64,000 nt of DNA from Candidatus Magasanikiibacteriota bacterium (GTDB lineage Bacteria; Patescibacteriota; Patescibacteriia; Magasanikbacterales; UBA922): positions 3,563-67,562 of the forward strand of contig JABIEQ010000011.1 in the NCBI GenBank assembly GCA_018651085.1, written 5' to 3'. Positions 1 through 7,452 of the stretch are shown here, piece by piece. The notes below the pieces were generated by a model. The model was not told where the DNA came from, ran no database searches, and saw only the letters and a list, made by a program, of their open reading frames with translations. Position 1 is the first letter of the stretch, and the number at the start of each line of letters is the position of its first letter. The position numbers and the translations under genes are program-made.

Positions 1-2
1 CT

Positions 3-434
3 GTGAAAACTATTATTAAAGAACTTAGTATTGATCTTCAAGGAAAGAAAGTGGCCGTTATTGGTGCCGGTGTACTAGTTGGAAAACCGCTTTCTATTAT
101 TCTTACAAACAAAGGAGCGACGGTAAATATTTGTAATGAATTCACTCCAGACATAAAAAAATATACCCTCGACGCTGATATTATTGTAAGTGGTGTCGGG
201 AAAAGACATGTCATTACAGAAGACATGGTCTCTCCCGGAACCATTGTCATTGATGCTGGAGTGAATTTTGAAAACAATCAAATGTTTGGGGATGTTGACT
301 TTGAAGCAGTTTCTAAAAAAGCATCTCACATTACTCCGACACCTGGAGGCATTGGCCCCATAACTGTCGCAAGACTTTTACATAATACAGCCATATGTGC
401 TGAACTTCTACACAATAATAAAAATACTGCCTAG
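3..434 (+). CDS. folD: Methylenetetrahydrofolate dehydrogenase/cyclohydrolase FolD, C-terminal part. The 5' end lies outside the window.
   Basis: Translation shows the Rossmann motif VAVIGAGVLVGKPL and the C-terminal TPTPGGIGPITVARLL typical of FolD. The ORF is open at the window edge. AT-rich codon usage. Confidence 0.7.
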   Translation: MKTIIKELSIDLQGKKVAVIGAGVLVGKPLSIILTNKGATVNICNEFTPDIKKYTLDADIIVSGVGKRHVITEDMVSPGTIVIDAGVNFENNQMFGDVDFEAVSKKASHITPTPGGIGPITVARLLHNTAICAELLHNNKNTA

Positions 435-445
435 GCAGTATTTTT

Positions 446-1414
446 TTATATGTTTTCTATTTCTTTAAGAATTTCTTCGAGTTCTTCGTAACTACTTACT
501 CGCACAAGCTTTCCTCTCCAAGCTTTAATCCCAGGGATTTCTCTTTTCATCTTATTGGTCTTAAAATACCATGAGAGATGCTTTCTAAAGGTTACGATTC
601 CTCTATCACCATATTGGGCAATATGATGCCTTGCATGATCTAATACAACGGTCACACGCTCTTTCATTGATACATCAAAGGACGGGTCTAGTGCTTGTTT
701 AAAAAACCAAGGATTTCCTAGAGCACCTCTCGCAATGAGTACTCCGTCAGCTCCTGTTTGCTCTAGAGCTTCTTGTACTTGTGTAGGGTCATGAATGTCT
801 CCATTTGCTAAAAGTGGTCCTTCTGCAATTTCTTTTGCTTCACGAATACGTTCCCAATCACTTTTTCCACTATATCCTTGTTTTTTTGTTCTTCCATGAA
901 TAGTGATAAGATCTGCCCCCGCTTCTTCTATAATTGGGATAAATGTTTTAAAGGTATCTTCATCATTCCAACCAAGACGAATCTTTACAGAAAGAGGCGT
1001 ATCCCCTATTGCTTGTTTCATTTCTTTTACAATGTTTGCCGCTCTTGTCGGTTCTTTCATGAGCGCTGCTCCATTAAAATTACTTGTAAGTTTATATACA
1101 GGGCACCCCATGTTGATATCTATCCCTTCTGGATTGGCGTGCTTCATAACAATTTCAGCAGCCTTTGCCATATTCTTTGCATCAGCTCCAAAAATCTGCT
1201 GGACAATTGGACGCTCAGATTCAACAAAATCAGTCATGCCTAATGTTTTCTCACTATTACGAATAATAGCTTCTGAACTTACCATTTCTCTAAACACAAT
1301 ATCCGCACCACCAATCCCACGAACAATCTGACAAAATGCTGAATCAGTCATGTCTGCCATTGGAGAAAGTGCTAGAATATGTTCTTTATTGTCTAATATA
1401 TCTTTAATCCACAT
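446..1414 (-). CDS. dus: tRNA-dihydrouridine synthase (Dus family, TIM-barrel flavoenzyme).
   Basis: 322 aa. Motifs LSPMADMTDSAFC, NMGCPV, KIRLGW and ITIHGRT are characteristic of DusA/B/C. Confidence 0.8.
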   Translation of the reverse strand: MWIKDILDNKEHILALSPMADMTDSAFCQIVRGIGGADIVFREMVSSEAIIRNSEKTLGMTDFVESERPIVQQIFGADAKNMAKAAEIVMKHANPEGIDINMGCPVYKLTSNFNGAALMKEPTRAANIVKEMKQAIGDTPLSVKIRLGWNDEDTFKTFIPIIEEAGADLITIHGRTKKQGYSGKSDWERIREAKEIAEGPLLANGDIHDPTQVQEALEQTGADGVLIARGALGNPWFFKQALDPSFDVSMKERVTVVLDHARHHIAQYGDRGIVTFRKHLSWYFKTNKMKREIPGIKAWRGKLVRVSSYEELEEILKEIENI

Positions 1415-1472
1415 AGTTTTAAGATGGTACAGTACTTTATCTAAAAAAGCAAAATCTCTATGATCTTACTTT

Positions 1473-2909
1473 TTATCCAAAATTTCCTTCTATACCATAG
1501 GCAATGTCCCCTGAATCCGTATCAAACCCATCTTTTTTTCCTTTTTCTTCCTTGAAAGCTATGGTAGAAGATGTTTCTTGTGTTTGTATTGGAACATTTT
1601 CAATAGGTAATCCAGCTGGTGGCTCAGCTCGTTTGGTTGCAGATTTTTGGATTAATGGTGTTTTTACATGAGAAAGTGGAAAATGCCAAACAGTAGCAAG
1701 TTCTTCTAAATTTAAAATAAATGACCGTGCTTTTTTATCCCAGGCTTTTACTCCTAAACTAGGAGACCTCTCTTTATATGCTTTCATAAAAGCTGCCTTC
1801 GTAGGATCTTTCGTTGTTGTAAATCCTGGAATGATACTGTTCGCCGTTGGAATGTTATATTGATTCATGGCTCCAATAAGTGCGTTCACCCCACGAGAAG
1901 GACGAAACACTTCTTTTCTTGCAATGTATAGCCCTCGAATTTTTGTATGAAAACCAAGCTTTGCAATTTTATCTTCCATTGCTTCTACAATCTTCTTTTT
2001 CCCCGGTGTCATAAAAGATAATTGATTGACTGGACCATTATCTTTATCTCCCCCAGCAGGAGAGGTGTCTTCTCGTCCAAATACTTGATCTCCAACAGAC
2101 TCAAGAAACTTAATTGGCATTGCCGCAACCTTATCTATAGCAGTATCTTTTGCTTTTACTTTTTCTCCTATGACCTCTTTGATTTTCAAAATAGCATCTT
2201 CTTTCCATTTACTTCCGGCAGGTTCTACAATCATCTGAAACCACATTTGTTCTCCAACATTAATCCGACTGAAACTTTCAAGAAATGTTCCCATGGAATC
2301 TTTTAACACAGTATCTTTTGAAATACTATGCTCAAAATCATGATACTGCCTAATTGGATACGCGTCATCTTCTTGAAGCGTAAAATCTCCTCCCCACATG
2401 TCATGTGTTTCATTTGGGTATTCACCGGGAATAGTATGAACATAATCCTCAATCTCAATTACTTCAGCTTCAGGGTACTGTGCATACAATGCAGCTTCCA
2501 AAAGATCTTGATATTTTTCTTCTGTTCTTACAACAAATTGAATGTATCCTTCAATACTTATAATTTCAAAACTAAACCATTCTTGTATGAATCCTTTAAA
2601 AATCCTATCAGCTAAAGAAGGATTTACTAAAATTCCAGCTAAATGAGAAAACATTTGCTCAACCGCTTTTGGTGTTTGAACGTTTAGTGCTGGAATATCA
2701 ATAGCTAACACTACCCATTTCCAATCTTTTGTATAATTAGCTTGTTTTCCTTTGACGTGTTTTTTTAATACCCATTTAAGAGATAAATAACTTATTGGGA
2801 TCCAAGTGATAAATATGATAGCCAAAAAACCAAGCACAATCGGGGAAGTACCATTAAAAAATGCACTAATAGCATCTATATTTATAACAAAAATACCGAT
2901 TTCAATCAT
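1473..2909 (-). CDS. Hypothetical protein with an N-terminal transmembrane anchor (478 aa).
   Basis: Long ORF with host-like AT-rich codon usage. Two predicted TM helices at the N-terminus. No recognisable catalytic motif. Confidence 0.5.
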   Translation of the reverse strand: MIEIGIFVINIDAISAFFNGTSPIVLGFLAIIFITWIPISYLSLKWVLKKHVKGKQANYTKDWKWVVLAIDIPALNVQTPKAVEQMFSHLAGILVNPSLADRIFKGFIQEWFSFEIISIEGYIQFVVRTEEKYQDLLEAALYAQYPEAEVIEIEDYVHTIPGEYPNETHDMWGGDFTLQEDDAYPIRQYHDFEHSISKDTVLKDSMGTFLESFSRINVGEQMWFQMIVEPAGSKWKEDAILKIKEVIGEKVKAKDTAIDKVAAMPIKFLESVGDQVFGREDTSPAGGDKDNGPVNQLSFMTPGKKKIVEAMEDKIAKLGFHTKIRGLYIARKEVFRPSRGVNALIGAMNQYNIPTANSIIPGFTTTKDPTKAAFMKAYKERSPSLGVKAWDKKARSFILNLEELATVWHFPLSHVKTPLIQKSATKRAEPPAGLPIENVPIQTQETSSTIAFKEEKGKKDGFDTDSGDIAYGIEGNFG

Positions 2910-2919
2910 ACCGGCTTGT

Positions 2920-3078
2920 TTACTTCAATATTTTATGTGCAAGTGGGAAAAAGATGATAATGGCAAACCCTGTCCACCACCACCCATAGACTCCTGAAAG
3001 ATATCCTATCACGTAGGAAAAAAGTAATACTATAACTAATAGTATAGCCATGACATTTCTTAGTGTACCGTCTGTCAT
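2920..3078 (-). CDS. Possible small membrane protein (52 aa, MTDGTLRNVMAILLVIVLLFSYVIGYLSGVYGWWWTGFAIIIFFPLAHKILK).
   Basis: Hand-translated from the minus strand. One or two TM helices. Ends 10 nt before the start of the 478-aa ORF. No clear SD. Below the length cutoff of the ORF track. Confidence 0.2.
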   Translation of the reverse strand: MTDGTLRNVMAILLVIVLLFSYVIGYLSGVYGWWWTGFAIIIFFPLAHKILK

Positions 3079-3121
3079 ATGTTTACATAGTAGTAAATAT
3101 GACTTAGTATACCATAGCTAT

Positions 3122-3151
3122 AAAAAAATCCCCATAGATTGGGGATTTTTT
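3122..3151. terminator. Bidirectional rho-independent terminator.
   Basis: Hairpin AAAAAAATCCCCATAGATTGGGGATTTTTT, directly downstream of the secF stop. Confidence 0.6.
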
Positions 3152-3167
3152 ATTTATTCTTTTACCA

Positions 3168-4079
3168 TTACTTTTTTCTTTCTCCCCAATTCTTCCAAAC
3201 AATAAGTAAGGGACTTGCTAAGAATATTGACGAATAGGTTCCGGCAATAATTCCGATAATAAGTGCTAGAGAAAAATACTTTACAGATACGGCTCCAAAT
3301 AAGAATAAGGCCAACAAGACAATAAGTGTTGTAACTGAGGTATTAATTGATCGTGTCAATGAATCATTCACCCCTTGATTTACACTATCTTCAAAACGTC
3401 CACTTTGTGTAAGAAGGTTTTCTCGTACACGGTCAAATACCACAATGGTATCGTTCACTGAGTATCCAAGGATTGTTAGAAGGGCTACAACAAACGGAAT
3501 GTCCACTTCTACTCCAGCGACATACCCTAGCACAGCATACACACCCATCACAATCACAACATCATGCACAAGTGCAATAATAGCTGTTATACCGTATTTC
3601 CATGATTTTACGGGACGAGACACCTTTCTAAAGGCATATCCCACGTATAAGACAATAGCGATCATTACTGCAATAGCAATTCCAATTGATTGACGACGAA
3701 GTTGAGAACTAATAGCTGGCCCAATCGTTTCTACTCGTTCTTCTAACACCCGTTGCGAATCTGTTTCAAAAGCAAGACGCACTGCAGTAAGAATTTCTTG
3801 ATGTTCGTCTTCTGTCGTAAACCGTGTTTTTATAAGATGACTATCTTCGTCAACTGGTTGTACGCTAAATGATCCTAATTCTGTTTCAATACTATTTACC
3901 ACTTCTTTTACTTCTTCAATTGACGGTCTGTTTTCTGAAAAAGAAAATTCAAACAATGACCCACCAGTAAAGTCTACTCCTGGTTTTAATCCAAATATTC
4001 CAATGAGTACAAGACTTCCTACAAATAGAATTGCTGAGAAGGTAAATGAAATGTTTCGTCGTTTAATAATTTGCAACAT
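3168..4079 (-). CDS. secF: Protein translocase subunit SecF.
   Basis: Multi-TM protein with SecF-like GVDFTGG and RND-type C-terminal helices. Start chosen at the ATG 4 nt after the secD stop (MLQIIKRR...); the longer ORF-track start would overlap secD. Confidence 0.75.
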   Translation of the reverse strand: MLQIIKRRNISFTFSAILFVGSLVLIGIFGLKPGVDFTGGSLFEFSFSENRPSIEEVKEVVNSIETELGSFSVQPVDEDSHLIKTRFTTEDEHQEILTAVRLAFETDSQRVLEERVETIGPAISSQLRRQSIGIAIAVMIAIVLYVGYAFRKVSRPVKSWKYGITAIIALVHDVVIVMGVYAVLGYVAGVEVDIPFVVALLTILGYSVNDTIVVFDRVRENLLTQSGRFEDSVNQGVNDSLTRSINTSVTTLIVLLALFLFGAVSVKYFSLALIIGIIAGTYSSIFLASPLLIVWKNWGERKK

Positions 4080-4083
4080 ATAC

Positions 4084-6144
4084 TTACTGTTTATCCGTAT
4101 ATCCGAGGAATAAATGATTTCCTTTTTCTTTAAACCAAGGAGAAACAAATCGTAAAAGCACCTTCGTTACGGTAATTGCTGAGAACATACTCATAAGAAC
4201 TCCGATCATTAGTGTCACGGCAAAGCTTTGTACAAAACTTGATCCAAACATGATAAGAAGAAGACAAGTAATGATTGTTGATACATTTCCGTCACGAATT
4301 GCTGACCACGCTCTTATAAATCCTTCTTCAATTGCGGTGTGTAGTGTTTTCTTTTTCTTTAATTCTTCTTTTAACCGTTCGAAAATAAGTACATTCGCGT
4401 CAACAGCCATTCCGATTGAAAGAATAATTCCAGCAATTCCAGCAAGTGTTAAGGTCGCCCCAATAAGCTTAAAGATTGCAAGAGTTAATGATAGGTATAG
4501 TGAAAGCGCAATAATTGCTAATGCACCAGGTAATCGATAATAGAGCAACATGAAAATCATCACAATCAATAATCCAACAGCACCTGCTTTGAGACTTTTT
4601 TCAAGTGATTCAGCACCTAGACTTGCTCCAATTGTTTGTTGTCCAATTAGTTCAATAGGTACGGGAAGTGCTCCGGCATTTAAACGTTGTGCAAGTAATT
4701 TTCCTGTTTCAAAGGTAAATCCACCACTAATCACTGTCTGTCCATCAGGGATAACGGCTCGAACGACAGGATCTGTGATAACTTGCCCATCAAGGAAAAT
4801 AGCAATTTGTTTTTCAAAATTTCTTTCTGTGATTTCTTTAAAAAGATCTTTTCCTTCTGAATCAAATGTTAACTGCACAATAATCTCTCCTGTTTGACCG
4901 TCTTGAAGTACTTCTGCTCTATCAAGCTGTTTTCCAGTCAACCCAGTATATTTCCATTGATCATTTGGCACAAAATCTGTTTCTATTTTTGTTTCAACAA
5001 GAATTCGTGAGAGCTCGTACTCTGGTCCTGGTTCTTCTCCTCTTTTGTAGATAACATGATATCCAAAGTCTGTTTCAACAGGCCCAATAATATCTCCTAC
5101 AGTAGCAGCGTATGCAGCGTCCTCGTATTCTTTAATTAATACGCCTCTTCCTAATGTCCCAAGGTCTCCACCAGTTTCGTCAGCACCGGGCTCTAATGAG
5201 AATGCCGTTGCAAGTTGTTCGAAATTTTCTGCATTTGCTTGTTCAAATAATTCTTGTGCTCTTGCTCTTGCCTCTTCATTTGTAGCAAATTCTTGTGTTG
5301 GACATCCTTCAAATTCAGCAGAACAAATAAGAATGTGACTTGTTGTTATAAGATTTCCACCATCTCTTTCAATACCTCTTTGAAAGATACTTAAACCATC
5401 TGGTGTTTCTATTGCTGTGTCACTTATATCACCTTCTTTTGCATTTTTTGCCCAAATATACGGATCAGACTCTGTTCCAAACCGTTTATTAATGAACCCA
5501 AGGTATCCATTGTTATTTTTACTATTCTCGTCAACTGAAACTTCTTTTGCAAGCTCACCAAACTCTTCTCCGGCTTGTAACCGTACAATTATGGCATTTG
5601 CTTGTCCTTCTGCTTCTTTATTAAAGGCATTTAGCTCTTCCCTTTCTTCAATAGTTAATTCCCGTGGCGGTTCATCTGTTCCTTCTTTAAATTCAAGAAT
5701 AGGTGTTTCTCCAATAAGTTCAATAGCACCGTTTACGTCTGTTACACCAGGAAGCTCTACAATAACACGGTAACTATCCCCTACTTTTGCCGTTTGGATT
5801 GTTGGATCAGTTACTCCAAATCCACCAGAAAGTCTTTTTTCTATAATATCTACCACACCATTTAATGCATCGTCTCGTTCTGCTTCGTCTACGTCAGTTA
5901 TGTCAGCTTCAAAGATAAGATATGCACCACCGGCAAGATCTAACCCTAAATTAAAAGGCTTTTCTGGAATAGTAGGAATCCCAATACCTACCTGATTTAC
6001 TTTATCAATTCCTTTATTAAAAAAAGATGGAGCATCAAAAAAGCTGGTAGCCAGTAATAACACTAAAACTCCAACGATTCCCCATCGTATTTTTGATCGT
6101 AGATCTTTTTTCTGCTTGTATTTACTCATAATATATCGTGCCAT
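4084..6144 (-). CDS. secD: Protein translocase subunit SecD carrying an embedded parvulin (PpiC-type) PPIase domain.
   Basis: 686 aa. SecD TM core (GIAGIILSIGMAVDANVLIFER). The periplasmic region holds a canonical parvulin segment (TSHILI ... GGDLG ... FGYHVIY) after a degenerate second one. Confidence 0.8.
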   Translation of the reverse strand: MARYIMSKYKQKKDLRSKIRWGIVGVLVLLLATSFFDAPSFFNKGIDKVNQVGIGIPTIPEKPFNLGLDLAGGAYLIFEADITDVDEAERDDALNGVVDIIEKRLSGGFGVTDPTIQTAKVGDSYRVIVELPGVTDVNGAIELIGETPILEFKEGTDEPPRELTIEEREELNAFNKEAEGQANAIIVRLQAGEEFGELAKEVSVDENSKNNNGYLGFINKRFGTESDPYIWAKNAKEGDISDTAIETPDGLSIFQRGIERDGGNLITTSHILICSAEFEGCPTQEFATNEEARARAQELFEQANAENFEQLATAFSLEPGADETGGDLGTLGRGVLIKEYEDAAYAATVGDIIGPVETDFGYHVIYKRGEEPGPEYELSRILVETKIETDFVPNDQWKYTGLTGKQLDRAEVLQDGQTGEIIVQLTFDSEGKDLFKEITERNFEKQIAIFLDGQVITDPVVRAVIPDGQTVISGGFTFETGKLLAQRLNAGALPVPIELIGQQTIGASLGAESLEKSLKAGAVGLLIVMIFMLLYYRLPGALAIIALSLYLSLTLAIFKLIGATLTLAGIAGIILSIGMAVDANVLIFERLKEELKKKKTLHTAIEEGFIRAWSAIRDGNVSTIITCLLLIMFGSSFVQSFAVTLMIGVLMSMFSAITVTKVLLRFVSPWFKEKGNHLFLGYTDKQ

Positions 6145-6380
6145 TAGTGTAGCGGTGTTCTCCTAAAAAGTCAATAATTGCTTATAGAACCAGGAGTCCC
6201 TACCAATAGGATAAAATCTGCTTAATCCTACCATATCGTTTTTAAAAACAAAAGCCCCCCATGGGTATATCCTGTGTAAGATATGCACATAGGGGGCTCG
6301 AGGGGGTGCAATACATGCCACCCCTCATAGCGCTTAGGCGAAAGCGCTTCCCGTACCCTCCGTGGGGACTCCTTTGTCCC

Positions 6381-6680
6381 TCACTTATTGATTGTCGGAT
6401 TTCTCATGACCGTCGCCTTCGGCCTTTCACTGAACCCTCCATCTCCGCCCTCAGAACGCTCCATGAGCGCCTGAAGGTGCTCGACTTGACCACTGAGATC
6501 TTCCGGGACCTCAGGCTCGAGAGGATTGTCGTCCTGACGTTCTCCCTCTTCAAGATCTTGTGGTCTAACCCCAGCAGAGAACGCAGCTCCTTCCCACGGA
6601 GCCATCCTCCTTGTGACCTCAGTTGCAGGTCCTTCAAGCTCTTTCTCTCGAGATTTCGTTTCGAAACCAACAGTGCTCAT
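6381..6680 (-). CDS. Hypothetical acidic protein (99 aa) in GC-rich cassette 1.
   Basis: GGGAGG SD 5 nt upstream of the ATG. G/C-ending codons. Lies in a GC-rich block of about 530 bp within the AT-rich host. Low-complexity, acidic sequence. It could instead be a chance ORF in GC-rich non-coding DNA. Confidence 0.35.
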   Translation of the reverse strand: MSTVGFETKSREKELEGPATEVTRRMAPWEGAAFSAGVRPQDLEEGERQDDNPLEPEVPEDLSGQVEHLQALMERSEGGDGGFSERPKATVMRNPTINK

Positions 6681-6747
6681 GTTCCTCCCTTTGCTCTCCT
6701 TTTTTAAAATAAAAGAAGGTCATCCCTGACCCCCTTATAAGGTATTC

Positions 6748-6776
6748 ACTCTACCATTTTTGGCTTTCACTGTCAA
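6748..6776 (-). promoter_or_regulatory. Sigma70-like promoter for cassette 1 (TTGACA-N17-TAGAGT on the minus strand).
   Basis: Read directly on the reverse complement. The -35 box abuts the stop codon of the amidase gene. Confidence 0.45.
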
Positions 6777-6780
6777 TCTA

Positions 6781-7356
6781 TTAAAGCTTATTTAATAGAT
6801 CTATAATTTGTCTTTTAATTGCTTCTTTTTCTTCGCTACTATTATCTTCTTTTTCTCTTTCTTTCCTTTGTACTCTTCTCATTACTTCTTGGTACCACTT
6901 TTCCATATCTGGCTTGTGTCTTGTAATATCTCTATGCGTTATAATGTGATCTTTATCAAGTGACATCTGATATTTTTTTCCAATCATTTTAACTAACTCA
7001 ACAAGAGCATCCATTTGTTTTGGTGTCCATGTTTCACCTGCTTTCGCTTCACACTCTATCCCTAGACTGTATAGATTTGGATTGATATAGCGCTGTCCTT
7101 GTTTTTTTAATAGCATTATTGCTCTATTTGATGGTTCAACAATTTTCCCAGCATGCCAGGCGGTGTGATTATCTCGAACCATTTGTACCACCCGTCCATC
7201 TTTTGCTACAAGATAATGAGAAGATACTTGTGAACGACGTTGTTTAAACCATTCAATAGTTCCTCCCATGCTTCCAAGCATAATATGAAGTACAATGACC
7301 TCTGGCTTTAAGCTTCCACGAGAAGAAAAGTTTGGTGAAGGGATAAATTGAATCAT
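6781..7356 (-). CDS. N-acetylmuramoyl-L-alanine amidase (Amidase_2 / PGRP family).
   Basis: 191 aa. SSHYLVAKDGRVVQMV...TAWHAG motif of Amidase_2. Lysine-rich C-terminal tail. Confidence 0.7.
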   Translation of the reverse strand: MIQFIPSPNFSSRGSLKPEVIVLHIMLGSMGGTIEWFKQRRSQVSSHYLVAKDGRVVQMVRDNHTAWHAGKIVEPSNRAIMLLKKQGQRYINPNLYSLGIECEAKAGETWTPKQMDALVELVKMIGKKYQMSLDKDHIITHRDITRHKPDMEKWYQEVMRRVQRKEREKEDNSSEEKEAIKRQIIDLLNKL

Positions 7357-7452
7357 AGGCCTCCTTTGTTATCAATAAAAAACGCTACACTTAGTGTAGC
7401 GAAAGAAAAATTTCTCGTAAAGTGTAAAAAACACCAAAAAGGGTGACGTTTT

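Noticed and set aside
6251-6380. RNase P RNA or tmRNA in the GC-rich 3' part of cassette 1.
   Set aside because: I searched by eye for P4 (AGGAAAGTCCGG / ACAGAACCCGGCTTA), the tmRNA tag reading frame and a tRNA-like 3' end, and found none. It is kept only as an open possibility in the findings.
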